DNA from: Octopus sinensis
Taxonomy: Eukaryota
Direction: 5' to 3'
Length of the DNA stretch: 64,000 bases
Assembly: GCF_006345805.1 (NCBI RefSeq)
Contig: NW_021832126.1
Location: 248,001 to 312,000 of the forward strand
Positions 23,781 through 37,400 of the stretch are shown one piece after another. Numbering within the stretch: position 1 is the first letter of the stretch; each line of letters opens with the position of its first letter. The notes under the pieces were generated by a model. It ran no database searches, had not been told where the DNA came from, and worked only from the letters and a program-made list of their open reading frames with translations. The position numbers were made by a program, and so were the translations under genes.

Positions 23781-25480
23781 TTAACATGGGAGGGATAAAT
23801 CAACACAAGAACGAATGCTGATGCCCCCGTAACGAATAGGTAAATTAACCCGTCGCATGTCTGAAGGTTTGAATTTGATATTTACGAGAAGCTCAAGAGC
23901 TTCGGAGACCATGTTGTCGAGACGAGACAAGTGATTTTGTTCGAGAAAGCACGGCGATGAGCGCATGAGATAAGTTAGCTTCGGAATAAAGAGATAGTTC
24001 TTGAGCAAGAAAAGGCCTAAATGGGATTCAAGTTTGGAAATGCGGGAGATTAGAGTTTCCAATTCTTCGAGCCTGTCACATAAAGCCTTCTTCGTGGCCT
24101 TGCTGATGGTTGGGGAACCCAGAATAACTAGATCGTTAGTAGGTGTGAGCCTTAGCCCTGCAATCAGACCGCGTAGGGAAGAAAATGTGTGAGAAAGAGC
24201 CCCCGAGGATAGCGAAATATTTACGAGTTTGCACTTACGACCATTTAAAGATAGACCGATCTCCGCGAAACCAGACGTGATTTTGTTAATGTCCTCCATA
24301 ATGACATCCAAAGGTCCTCCAAAAGTAACATCGTCCAAGTACCAAAAATTGACATTGGACGCAAGGTTGCGTGCAATATGGTCAACAGAGAGGGCAAACA
24401 GCAATGGCCCCAGAGGGTCACCCTGCTGGATACCGCATTCGGACATAATTGTTTCGCCATGAAACAGGAGGCAGCTTGGGGAAGAATATGCAAGATTTAC
24501 GATTGGCCAGAGCTCTGGGCACCGTTTTGAGACCACCTCGAGCATGTGGTCACGACGGACACAATTGAAAGCATTACTGACATCCAGTTTGACAATAAAC
24601 TCACAATCGTTGGGTTTAGAATGTAGTTGTCGGGTACCGTATAGGCACCCTTAACGCCAACACCGTACTGGAAGGGTAAGAACTCCGAACTCAGAGTTGG
24701 AACCACCCTGAATGACATGATTTTGGCTGAGAGCCTTCTGAAGACGTTGCCGATAGCAATCGGTCTCACACCGCCCTCGGCTTTCTTCAGGGCAATAAGC
24801 CCCGCAGAAAAGAGAAGCTCCCTTGCGACGGCTGGGATCGTGCCGGACACAATGCGCGAACAAAAACGGGTGATGGAGGATAATAAGTCCCTACCAGAAT
24901 CGAGGGTTAGGGGTGATACGAGATTTCGGAGATGGATGGGCTTTAAACCGTCTAAACCCCCGCTGCTGCTGGGAGCAAAAGACCCCAGGGCAGCCGAGAC
25001 CTCGGCCGGTGTGATCGGGATAGGCGGGACCGTGTCCAAAGTCGGAATTGCTCGTATATCGGCGGGAGTGCGAGGGTGTTTACTTCGGAGTTGATTTAGA
25101 ACAGTGTCACACCGGGGAGCCACTGAGGAGTCCGACGAGATTGCACGTACAGCACCGGAGATGTCCCCCTGGAGGAGTTTGCTTTGAACTGCTCGATATA
25201 GGCGCATTTCAGCTGAACCGCTTTGTTTGGGAGACGGCTCATTACTAGACGGAGAACAAGGGACGGACAGCCAGTCAGAGTTGAATTCTGAATGAATAAA
25301 GGATAAACAGCGATCTTTGATCCGCTGAGCGGAAGAAACGTGTTTGGCATCACGTGAGCGAATTGATGTAGAATTAAGGCAGACAGGGAAGAAACAGAAT
25401 AACTTGAACTAGGTTCCAAGAGCGTTGGATAACAGTGCCTGGTCGATCAAGACCGAGAGGGGTTTAGCCACGGTAAGTCT
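23781..25480 (-). mobile_element. CRE-like RT ORF remnant with a frameshift near 24600-24650
   Basis: LLQGDISGAVRAISS, LRSKHP, SSGGLDGL, RPIAIGNVFRRL, VKLDVSNAFN, GIQQGDPLGPLLF, WYLDD, LPIRYGG. Confidence 0.88.
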
Positions 25481-26394
25481 GGCTGATTTTGGGATTCTGG
25501 CAGGAATGATTGACTGACTTCGGAAAGCTAATAGAAGTTTCCCGGACATTACACTATCCTCAACTAACCTATCCTCAGCCATTTCATGGACAGTAGACTA
25601 CGATCTTAATTCAGATCACAATCCAATCATCATCACGATCAAAAAAGCCCTTCCCCGTACGAACAAAGCTATGTCCTTTTTCAATTACAAGAACGCAAAC
25701 TGGGAGGAGTATGCCAACTTCACCGACGCACTGCTGCAAAACTTTGATACTAAACTGTTCAAATCAATCGACGGAGCTGTCAAGTACCTAAATGAGGCGA
25801 TCTTGCTGGGTAGAAAACTATTCATCCAAAAATGCACTTTCCATCACTTCGAACAAAATCTCGACCAGGAGACAAAAATCCTTATCAGGAAAAGAAACTT
25901 TCTTAAAAAGAATCCAATTTCTATTCCTGGAGGAAGAAAAGAAATAAAGAACCTAAATGATACAATTTCTAAGAAACTGAAAGCATCCCAAAGAAGAAGA
26001 TGGGAAAAACAAATCAAAACGCTTGATAAGGAAAAATCTACCCAACACATGTGGAACACACTCAAAAAGTTCAGACCCGCCAACTATTGCAAAGACTCCG
26101 AACAGAAAAGTCAACCTGAATTGAGTAAACTCATGAAATTCTACGCCGGAATCAGCCACAAGAATTATCTAAAGATAAACGCACATTATGTAAACAATAA
26201 ACCAAAGAAATCAAGCCCACGGACCTATATATCCCCTGCAGAAGTTGCAGCAGTGATTACCAGTACAAAATCATCCCTATCCTGTGGACCAGACTTGATC
26301 CCAACAACCTTGCTAAAGCACCTTGGTCCCATCGGAATTGATGCAATGACTAACATTTTCAACTATTCCGTTAACCAGAATCAAATACCAAATA

Positions 26395-28477
26395 CAGTCG
26401 GACCTCGTTTTGAGCCACTTAGTGGCTCATAAACCGAGGTTATATCATAAACCGAGGTTAATAGCTTGTATCGTAACTAATAATCCTAATTAACAGTACT
26501 TTAAGTAAAAAATAGTTCACAAAAAACAGATAGAAACAGTTCACAAGTTATACTTTTTTGAAATAATGCGTAATCTTTTCTCCAAAACGATTTTTATCCC
26601 GTAAATTAATCATTATTTTTTTCCTTAGGGCATAGAAATCATTTAATAATTCTGGAGAAAGTTTGCATATATTTTCCTCCATATTATTAATAAGAGTCAG
26701 TAAATCTATGATGTCTGTTGATTCAGGCCCATTATAAAAATTTATTTCGCTTTCAAGCAATTCTTCGACAAAGACTTCGTTCACCATTTTTGTCACGTCC
26801 GTATGAATCTTCGAATTGATATTTATTGTTTCCTCCCATCTACACTCAAAAATTTTTTTCCAACAATTTTGAATTTGATTTGAAGTTACATTGGCCCAGG
26901 CTTCAGAAATTAGTTGTATCACATTCCGTAAATTGAGACTTTTGATTGCTTCCAAAGAATTGCTTCTATTTTCACAAATGCATACGAATTAGATAAGTAA
27001 ATTACTGTAATTTGTCTTCAGTGTTTTAATTATGTCCATATCCAATGGCTGAACTAACGATGTAGTGCAGGGGTTCTCAACCTTTTTAGCTCAAGGGCCA
27101 AATCGATAATTAAGATTAGCTTCGCGGGCCACAAAAAAATATTTTATATATTTTTATATTTTCCATTTTACTAAATATTGATTCGCATAAATATGTAGAT
27201 TCATATATGCATTGTGTGTTATATTTTTGAATTTTTCTTGAGGAATTAATTCGTAAAAATTAATAATGGACGCATATTTGAACAATGCCGTCAGTTCAAA
27301 TATCATGTTGTAAATTAATGAGTTCTAGTTGAAACTTTGCAGGCGTATCCTTAATTTCCACGCTGAATGGAGTTGCGAATATTTTCATTAAAGGAAGGAA
27401 TTCTTTAAAATTCTAAAAATTAAATTTATATAAATGTACCCCAAAACGTGCTTCAACTTGATTAATGAAATCACCAATTATGGATATGTTTAACCTTAAG
27501 AATGAATAATTAAATTTAAACATTATTAAAAAATTAAAAAAGTTTGTTACTCTAGAGGGGCCGCAAAAAAATCCTGGGGGCCGCATTTGAGAACCGCTGA
27601 TGTAGTGTTTTTAGGTAAATATAAAAATTCAATGTTTGAATAATCGGATAGTCTATGAGAACTAGCATTATCCAACAACATTAATATTTTTCGGTTTTCA
27701 GAAAGCATTCTGGTATTTAATTTAAAAACCCAGCTTTTAAAAATTTCAGTTGTCATCCACGAATTTTTAGAAGAAGAGTACATGACGTTAAAAACATCAG
27801 GATTGAATTGTTTTAAGCACCGAAGGTTTCGATATTTGCCGACAATTAAAGGCTCCAGTTTCTCTCCATTATTCAATGATAATTTTGAAGCGAACATGGA
27901 CCCAATTTTCTTAATGGTCGGTCCAGATAAGGGTACTTTTTCAAGTCGCAATTTGTGAAAAATTTCGAAAACTTTAAGATCGAGATTTTTAAGCTTTTCA
28001 GAATCACTAGTTTGCTCGGATAAATCAGAATAAATTGTTCCATTATCAAGAAAAGGGAAATCTTTTTTTATACGTGAAATTGTAGCCCTGCTAACTTTGA
28101 AAATTTCCGCAATTCTGCGCTCTAAAAGCTGGTTCCGTTTAATATATTGGGCTATTTCGAGTTTTTTTGTGATCAATTTTCATTTTAGGCATCTAGAAAA
28201 CATAGAACAGTGGAAAATACTTCAACAAAGATAACAACGTGACAAGGAAAAAATTCTTTAAAATAAACGATAAAATATACAATAAAAATAATCATATTAC
28301 AAAATATTTAGTTTATAGCAATTTTTAGATGGCTCATAACGAGGTCTATTTTTAATTGATTTTTACAAACCCCTTAGGAAAAAAGCAGTTTCAAAAAACG
28401 TGGCTCAAAAATAGAGTTTGTATCATAAAGCGAGTATGGATCATACCCGAGGTCTGGCTCATAACGAGGTCCGACTG
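26395..28477 (-). mobile_element. Internally deleted pogo/Tigger element
   Basis: 23-bp TIRs CAGTCGGACCTCGTT(T/A)TGAGCCA with TA on both sides; HTH_psq start, SWMTTEIF, LLDNASSH, NTTS|LVQPLD. Confidence 0.9.
27068..27599. mobile_element. 532-bp Buster-type hAT MITE inside the pogo transposase
   Basis: TIRs CAG(G/C)GGTTCTCAA; TSD ATGTAGTG (27060-27067, 27600-27607) with central TA; GGGCCGCA subterminal motifs. Confidence 0.9.
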
Positions 28478-30484
28478 TATATGGAAAAATTCTCTTATAC
28501 GCCCAATTCTCAAGCCGGGTCGACCGAAGAACGTCCCCTCCTCCTACAGACCCATTTCACTTCTATGTTCATTTACAAAGATTCTTGAAAAACTAATTCT
28601 CGATTTGATCACCCCTATTCTCCCCCTTACTCATATCCAACATGGCTTCAGGAGTAACTTCTCTACCTCGACACATCTTACCACATTAACCCAGTTTATA
28701 ATGGAAGGTTTTGCAACTAGACCTCATCTCAAATCAATTGTATGCTCACTCGATCTTCAGAAGGCCTTTGATTCGGTCTCTAGAAAGATACTGACCCGAA
28801 AAATATTCGACCTATCGATCGACTCGAACATAAAACTCTGGCTTTCGAATTTCCTCAGCGGAAGGAGAGGGCGTGTATGCCTGAATGGAATCAAATCAAT
28901 CTCGAGATTACTTCCAAACGGAGTTCCCCAAGGCTCCCCCTCTCTCCTGCTCTATTTAATTTATACCTATCCGACATTCCTAACCCTGAAATGGAAGACT
29001 CAATCATTCTCGCCTACGCTGACGACCTACTCATTGGATCACGTGACCAAGACCTCTCGAAAGCTTCCAAAAGAACACAAGATCTCTTATTCCAAATTCG
29101 AACTTGGCTATGTCAAAACAGGATGAACATCTCCCCCGAAAAATCGTCCACTACCTTATTTACGTCGTACAAGAGACTTGGAAGCCATACTGTTGATCTT
29201 TTTCTGGACAACGAAAAGATCCCATTCACGAAGAACCCTAAAATCCTGGGGGTCACTTTTGCCACCCACATGTGTTTTACTGCCCATTTAGAGAAGGCCA
29301 TCGGATCCAGTCAGAGAAAAATTGGACTAATCAAATCGATTTTTGGTGGACTAAAGACACCGTTCCCGGCTCTCGGCACTCTCTACAAACAATTCATCGA
29401 ACCAACAATTGGCTATGCCTGCGCAGCTTGAGGTTCTAATCTCTCATGGTCTAACCGCCTTAAAATTGAGACTACACTATGCCGAGCCGCGGCTAGAATA
29501 ACGAAAATTTCCAAACTGAACAACATTACTCCAACTCCGCTTGACCAACTTATTAAGAAAGATGGAAAGGGTTTCTTAGCCATCCAACAAGACCACCTGC
29601 CAAAAAACTTCAAAAATCAGAAGCACATCACCCCAATCCAATTCCTCACAAAAACTGCTCCCGCCCGTCCCGCACTTGCGTTGGGTCCAGAGTCCAACAT
29701 CGGGAAAAGCTGAGAAAGATTTTGAGGATTGTTGGAATCACCCAATTAATTACCCTAATTAACTGTTGGTGATTCTTGGGTTAAAATAAAAAATAAAATT
29801 ATCTTAATTTCTTAATGGCAAACCTAATGCCTAATAAATTATGCCACTTGTGAGCACTCTGTTGATTTACTTTGTGGTGCTCTCTTAATTATTTGCTACA
29901 CTTTAATTTTTTTATAATTGGATTCAGAAGGAATAATTCAGGATATATTTTCTTTTAATGATTTAATTATTTGAAAGTTCATCATTTTTGTGATATTTTT
30001 CGATTTTATTCCTTTAATCTCCTTTTTTACTTATTTATACTGTTTGTGATATTTTTCGATTATTTTCTGTTAATCTCCTTTTTTACTTATTTCTTATTTA
30101 TAATTTTTGTGATATTTTTCGATTTTGTTTCTTTAATCTCCTTTTTCTACATACAAATTTCATGGCCAATTTCGAGAATCTTTTAGACTTTCATCTTTTA
30201 GACTCTAAAAGAACCAATACCTGTAAAAATGAGAAAATGAACTTGCCAGTCAAACAAACATTAACTTTTTAATACAAAATAATCAATAATCCATGATTAA
30301 TCGTGAAAAGCGTTATGTGCCAGCTGCAAGGAACAAACAAAACTAAAATCATTAGTAAAAAGGATATGTTTGATTTTACAAAGAGCAATGTTGCGTAAAT
30401 ATTGATTTTTTCTTCCTAATTTACTTCCTAATATTGAACTAGAAACAAATAACACCAAATTGAAACAAGAAAAATCATCAAACT

Positions 30485-30912
30485 ATGTCCCAATCTGCGG
30501 CATACAATGACGGGTCGGACTCATATACGAGTTTTTCGCAAACATCGTCCCCATATACGATTTTTAAGCATTTTGTGTGCTCATATACGAATCTTTCGCA
30601 AACATCGTCCCCATATACGAATTTTAAGCATTTTGTGTTGCCAAGCACACTCCCATTGAGTACAAAAGTGCTGGCGGATTTCGCCCGCACTAAGCGGTGG
30701 CAAAAACATCTGGGCACCGCATCGACAGGGGACGGGTGTTTTACAATCAGTGGATTGAAAAGCAATTTCAGAAATTCTTTAAAAGGAGCTGAAACATTTC
30801 GAAATTCCGGGCTTTCTGGGTTATATTCATAGGTTCCCGCTTTTATTCCCTTGAAAATTCTTTTAAAATCTATATATTGAACTAAGAAAAATATTATTAA
30901 CAAAGCAAACAT
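30485..30912 (-). pseudogene. Possible Ser/Thr kinase C-lobe tail fragment followed by a 60-bp duplication
   Basis: IFKGIKAGTYEYNPESPEFRNVSAPFKEFLKLL resembles the CAMK-group region before subdomain XI. No catalytic motifs were seen upstream. Confidence 0.3.
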
Positions 30913-32476
30913 TCATTCATATGATTAAAAGGATGAAAGAGATTCATGATTTATTTATTGAACCAGAAAACCACCGTCATAGCCAAAAGAAAGAAGAATT
31001 CAGGTGATCCCAGCCTCCCTCAGCAGTTCGCACAGCCTCTCCCGATGTTCCGCCGTTGTCCCGACGCATTTTCGGTACGGACGGGGATTTTCCGGACGAA
31101 CTTCTCGTAGATGGATTGCAGATGACTTTATGATGTTGTCCCAGGCTTTTGGGATAATCTCTTTATCGGAAAAAGTATTTAGCAGGTTTGCCGCTTTCAA
31201 CCGAATTTTGTCGATTTTTGAATTTGTCTTAATTTAATTTCAAGACAAGATAACGATGCAAACATAAGAAAAATTCCTTTGTTTGATGGAGTCGAAATAA
31301 GAAAATTCAGAGTTCTGGAGGAAGCAAACAATATATATAAGATCCAAAGTGAAGATGGGGAGATAATCGAGGGAGTTCATCATTCCAGATTATTTATATT
31401 AAAATTAATGGATAGGCCTAAATCTAATAATTAAAATTAATGGATAGCCCTAAATTTAATAAAATGTCAAACAAGTTTGCGTTAGCGCAAATTTATACGG
31501 TATGTTGGTTTTATTGAAAGAATTTTATTGGATTTTATCAATTTAATGTTGGCGTTTCATTAACGGCGTGTTTCATTAACCGACCGTGACATTTTCTTTC
31601 ATAAGGCAAATTCAAAGATCGTCGAATTATCCTCTGAGCCACCATAGTCGAACGAGACATTTTTTTGATCCTTTTAGTCCCAACTACTCAAACAAATAAC
31701 AACAAGCAAACTGTGCATATTTAAAAATGTCTCCCTCACATTTTCTGCAGATTCGGCCAGTAATCTCTTCCTTACAAACCTCAGACGCATCTCCAGAGCT
31801 TCGAGACCTATAAATTATATCAGAAAAATGTTAAACAGTCACGTTCTTCCTTAAAGAGAACTACAAAAGAAGATTTGGAGACCTTCAAACATGTGACCAC
31901 ACTGAAAAGTGAGGGTTTTCGTAAAATTTACTTGAGTTCTCCGAAATGATTCAAAAGTGACTCCATTCTGTAAAAATCGGGAATTTCGTAGACCTCAATG
32001 GCCAGGGATATCACGGAATCTTCGCTTGATTTATTATTTGTTATTTTTAATTCGTTTAGTTGGTCTGTGATTTCATTCACTGAAGACTCATCCGTCATTA
32101 GTATGCACCACCAGAATCAAAATATAATAAAATGTTAATTGATCATTTTAAAATATTAATGATTTAATTTCAATAAAAATAACATTTCAATAGCTTTTGA
32201 GATTAGTTTCTTAAATATTTAATAATCCTTATTGTTTCAAAATTTCCTAAAATCAATTGATTAGTCTACAAATGTCGAAAAAATCAAAGCAAAAAATTCC
32301 GTTTTATTTCCGCCTATAAAAAAAATATACTACTAACCTACAAGTATGAACATGCACTCACTCAAACTAATCAAAAAATATTTCCAAAAATGTGAAATGA
32401 CAGTCGACATGGCGACAATCAATCAGTCGTCCGGCAACAATTAATATTTAAGCAAAGAGCACGCAACAGGCCAGAA

Positions 32477-32746
32477 ATGTCGGACAAGAAGGCAGTAGTC
32501 AAATATGGAGACATGGGTGAGAATATGCAACAGGATGCCATCGACTGCACCACCAGGGCCATGGAGAAGTACAACGTGGAGAAAGACATTGCCGCCTTTG
32601 TCAAAAAAGAGTTCGACAAAAAATATTCACCCACATGGCACTGCATTGTTGGCCGGAATTTTGGAAGTTATGTAACCCACGAGACCAAACACTTTCTTTA
32701 CTTTTACTGTGGACAAGTCGCTGTCCTTCTGTTCAAGTCAGGGTAA
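32477..32746 (+). CDS. DYNLL: Dynein light chain LC8, intronless, 89 aa
   Basis: MSDKKAVVK...[34 protein letters not shown]...LLFKSG. Confidence 0.98.
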   Translation: MSDKKAVVKYGDMGENMQQDAIDCTTRAMEKYNVEKDIAAFVKKEFDKKYSPTWHCIVGRNFGSYVTHETKHFLYFYCGQVAVLLFKSG

Positions 32747-33879
32747 TTTTGACAAGCACTAATAACGTTCTGTTTTAGTAAATAAACTTAATTCTAGAAA
32801 AATGTTACTATGACAATATTTAGACCACAAATGGCGTTTTTAATACTCATAAACTCAGAAAATTAGGAAATATTGACAAAAATATTAAATTATCTATCAA
32901 TGACGCCTTTTCCCGGGGAGTAAAAGTTTCCGATGGTGGACTATGTTACTTTTTATTAATAAAACTTGTCTTTTTATTAGTTCGAGGGAGGAATGGGCTT
33001 TCTTTAGTAGTTCTTGGATTGTTTTGGGGTCCTTGATGTCTTTGTTGGCGTGGAAAGTATCTCTGATTTTACGGATGGTGTATTCACTGGTGATAAAAAT
33101 AGGTTAATTAACCGAAAATTATAATCATGGAATCTATTGGCTTCCTTTAAAAGTTGTCTGTACAATAAAAGAGCACACATGACTTATTCGAAAATTTAAT
33201 TTATAGTTTTTAATAAGTATTTTTAATCATCATATTATTAATTAATTATTATATATTAGTGTATCAAAAGATGACTATTAGTTACTAGGGACATAACAAC
33301 AACATAAATGTGGATTTTCAAATTGTTGACCTGAATCTGCTGATAGTCATTCTTGTGACCCATTTCTGTATTCAGCTCACACACTTTTCACAATTTTCCT
33401 TATCACAGTACTCAGAATATATTTCTTGATTTCATTTTTTGAAAATTTTTATAGTTTTTGTAGAACTTTCTGACAATTTTTGCGGGATTTACAGGTCCGT
33501 GTGGTCCGTACAGCACTACGACCACATTTTTTGGAGGTTTGCCCCTTCGCTGGTGAACCACAATTTTATAAAAAAATTCAGTTACTCGCAAATTTCATTA
33601 AATCGCCATTTTTGGCTTGGTCTCAAATTTGGCAAGTATACGAGGTTTGACTGTATTTTGTTTTTAAGAATTCTCAAGTGTTTGTTCTTGCCGTCGAGAT
33701 GTCTGGTTTCTGTGGCAAAATCGATTAGATTAGTAGGAGAATTTCACATTTTAAAGAAAATGTCGACCTCTCTGATTATATGCTTTTCTCTTTCTTGGAA
33801 AACAAATTTAAATTATGCATAAATACTAATTATTTTCGAGTGCCGAATGTCGGGTCCATTTAGTATATTTATCATTTAG

Positions 33880-34200
33880 TGCCCTGCATATGGGATTCAT
33901 CACAAATACAAAGATCTGCGTAAACAGAGTGTCTCCTTGCAATATTACCTTCGGAATTTTCACTTTCCAATATCCCTTTGTTTAAGTTTTATCTTGACTA
34001 TCCAATTTGTAACAAGATCTTAATAAAGTCTGAATCAACAACTTTTTCAGCATTCATAAACGTGGAAAATAATTTAGGTGGTGAATAAAATCTGCTGCTG
34101 ATAAACTCCGTGGAAAGAAGTAAACCTCTTTAGAACCAAGTTGTATACTCTATCAAACCCACTCGGTTTATTATTACTTTCCTTTTTCCACATTTATACG
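33880..34200 (-). mobile_element. Highly degenerate non-LTR RT relic
   Basis: KVILQGDTLFTQIFVFVMNPICRAL resembles the RT QGD motif. Confidence 0.4.
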
Positions 34201-34479
34201 TCTTTTATTCCTGTCGTGTTGATTCATTCTCTTACTTCAGTATAATGATTCTTGTTGGTTTCTTTGTGTCAATTTGCCTAAGACTTTATTTCATTTAATT
34301 TTTATTGTAAGTACACGAAATAAGTGATTATCCACCTCAAGGTATTGGATTCCAGTCGTTTTAAACCGAGTCATCTTCCATTTATTTATTTATTAAATCA
34401 CCAAGACCACGCTAACAACCTAACAAACGTCACGTGATCCCGATGCACTCAACCAGGGACCACGAGCCCAAAGCGAATT

Positions 34480-37400
34480 AAATGACAAGAAAACCGTCTT
34501 TTATTGAGTATGCGCAGTTCAATGATACACGCAAACACTCATTCAGCAGTCTGTACAACTTTTCCAAAATATTCGCCCCCAGTTTATTGAACTAAGACAA
34601 TGACAGGACACAATACGTCATTATATAATTTTGAAATGGAGGATATAAACAGAGGACTCCGACTTTGGATGTGATTCATCAAATCACGTGCCCTTGTGTG
34701 GATGGACTCCTCATCTAGGAAATTGGGAAAACAGCATTTACGGGTGTGATTGCTCATGAGGTAGGACAAATGGGCAACTATTGGCTCCGAAACCATCTGA
34801 ACCATAACCTCGATGATCCCAATGAGACCGTCGTGTGAGACAGAACAGTGCCAATCAATCACATGATATGCCCTGTGCACACTCGTCAATTAAATGCTTA
34901 CCAAACCAGCCAGTCACAGGCGGGATTCCCCAGAACGCAAGCAGACATAGCATGGGCGATCGACCCAGCAGCATCGTCGTAGTAGAGAAGATAAATACAC
35001 TTCCCCACATAAGCACGGGCCTTATAGGGACAGTTCACCCGTGACGCATGCAGATAACCAACGGCAATAAATTTAAGCAGTTGCATATTATTACTGAAGG
35101 GTGAGCAGTGAATACTACTCTTCCAAATTATGGTTTGTCTCCAAAATATAGGAAAATATGCCCCATGCTTTCGGGTCGTATGCAGGGTCATCAATACAAT
35201 TTTCCAGAATATCCATCCCCAAATCCATCCTGTAAGAATGAGTGGAAATATTTAAAACTCGCCGATAAGATTATAAGCACGCCCTGCCACCCGTCTGTAA
35301 TCATAATAAACATCATCCTCAGGATCAAACACGTCCTTTGTGCAGTTGAGGATATCTGCCAGCTTTTTCTTGGTCTCTTCACTCTGTGCCCCATACTTGT
35401 AAATTTTGCAATAACAGCGAATGTAATCAATGGTCTGCAAAATCGAGGTTTCTCCGGGGGTATATCTCATTCTAAGATGCCCACAAAAGGGAAACTGTTT
35501 TAATATCTCAAGAGCAGTGACAAGGCTATATCGTTTTCTGCACAATTTGGCCACCAAAGCAGTACTCGAGTCAGTCGCCCTGTTCAAATTTTTCAATACC
35601 AAGGACTTAAATGAAATGGAAAAATTACATGTTCAGGAGATGGTGTAAGCACAGAAGTGGCAATGCGAGTAATCAGCTTTCGATAGGTCTCAATAAGTGT
35701 CCAATCCGCACAGCTGTCGACCTGAGAATATTGGCGATCCCTATCATGGAACATTCAAATACAAACATCCAGGCCTTTTGTAAGTTGGTTAGCCCCTTGC
35801 TGGTATGATTAATCCAATCGTGGCCTGACAGGATTTGGTTGAAAAGAGTGACCCCCTCTGTCAGCTCGATCAAAAGTTGGAATCCCTAGTCGTACATGCA
35901 AGTGGACACCCACCATGATGTACTGACTGTGCTGCATTGTCGGACGGAAAGGGGTACATCGAATTGTCTCATGGAGAGAAGTCAGACCATTTCTACAAAG
36001 CGTCTCACACTGAAATAAGATGAACAGACTACCTCTTCGAGGGCATTCTTGGAGGAAATAATTCCTTCTTCTACAGATGACAACTTTTGTGAAGCCTTCA
36101 ACACAAAGACCCTCCACGGATTATGGTCAGAATAACGCTCCTCAACATCGGGCAGGAGTTCATTGAATTTGTCAACTGCACCCAATCTCCAACACGCCTC
36201 CAGGGCCTCCAGTCCAAAATATCGCTCATTCTCTCCTTGAGGCAAAAGAGGCTTCCAACGGTTCAATTCTCGTGCAGCACTGACATTATCCACTAACAGT
36301 AAATACCTGATCCACTCCTCTTGAATCATCTTTACTTCTCGGTGTTTCTTTCCCTTGACAGTGCGTGCCTTAATGTCCACCAATGCTTTTTGGAGTCCCT
36401 ACGGCATATCACTACCACACTACCCCATATAGACCAGCTTCTGCAGAGTCGATTCTCCCTGTTAATTTGTAGAGGAGTCCTTCACACGACTCGCGATATG
36501 TCGAGTTGTATAGCCAGTAGGAATAATACAAGTCGTCCTCCCGCAGAACACGGTACATATACAAGAGGGCTTCCTCGATACTCTAATAAGCCAATCATTC
36601 AATAAGACGACAATCACGACAGAGTCCTTTGGAGATATGGACGCGTCGAGTAGTTTATTGGACAAAGCAGAGTCGACTCTGGCAGTGTCGAACATGTTCT
36701 CCAATATAAGCATGGCATCGTAATGCAAGTGGAAATCAGTCCCCAAATGCTGAACACACTTATTATGACAAATAAACTGCAATGGCCAGTGGGTCAAAGT
36801 CGAATCGCACATCAAAGCGTATGTACATTTGGAATAAAGTGCGGATCACATTTGGTTGTATTCCCTTCTGATAAGAATGATATCCACTGCACAAAAAGGA
36901 CTGGGAAATCTCGATTAGTTTCTGCAATACATTCATTGATAACAAACTTGCTTATCCTCGTCTTCAAAACGTCGAAAAACATTAGCAGTCACATTGAGCC
37001 ACAGGCGGTGAGAGAATTCAGGACTGAAGAAACAAAACTTGCCCACTGCATCAAGAAAGACGGAGGTCTGAAACATGGGAACAGTAATTACCAACACTGA
37101 ATTTAAATTCCTTCAATGATGAAATAAAACTGTAGTGATTAGTCAGCAAATCATCAAGTCCTGTCTCTGGATCCCTCATCACTCCATCATTGAACAAAAT
37201 CTCCCCCAAAGGGACATTAGTTGGAATGTCATCCATTACATTGTATGCTCGCTTTAGGACAGAATCCCTCTCATGTGACTTGCTCTCCTGAATGACGGAC
37301 ATGACCGAGGGGAAGGTTGCCAGTTTGGGAGTAACCACCAGAGGCTGATCTTGGCAGCATCTAAGCAGCAACTGCAGACACAGCGGAATCCAGTAATAAG

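Larger units (their letters stand above)
25490..29750 (+). mobile_element. APE-type LINE ORF2 (endonuclease end, linker, RT), split by a pogo element; clade not resolved
   Basis: SDHNPI, GPDLIP; rejoined across the pogo as NQIPNIWKNSLIRPILKPG; YRPISLL, QHGFR, LDLQKAFDSV, GVPQGS, YADD. One frameshift and one TGA. Confidence 0.85.

Noticed and set aside
31000-31400. Possible LTR-retrotransposon or integrase tail fragments
   Set aside because: Too short and degenerate to assign without a search.
34390-34560. Solo LTR (TG start, AATAAA) at the TRRAP 3' end
   Set aside because: The sequence translates as TRRAP-like LYRLLNECLRVSLNCAY, and no CA end with a TSD was found.
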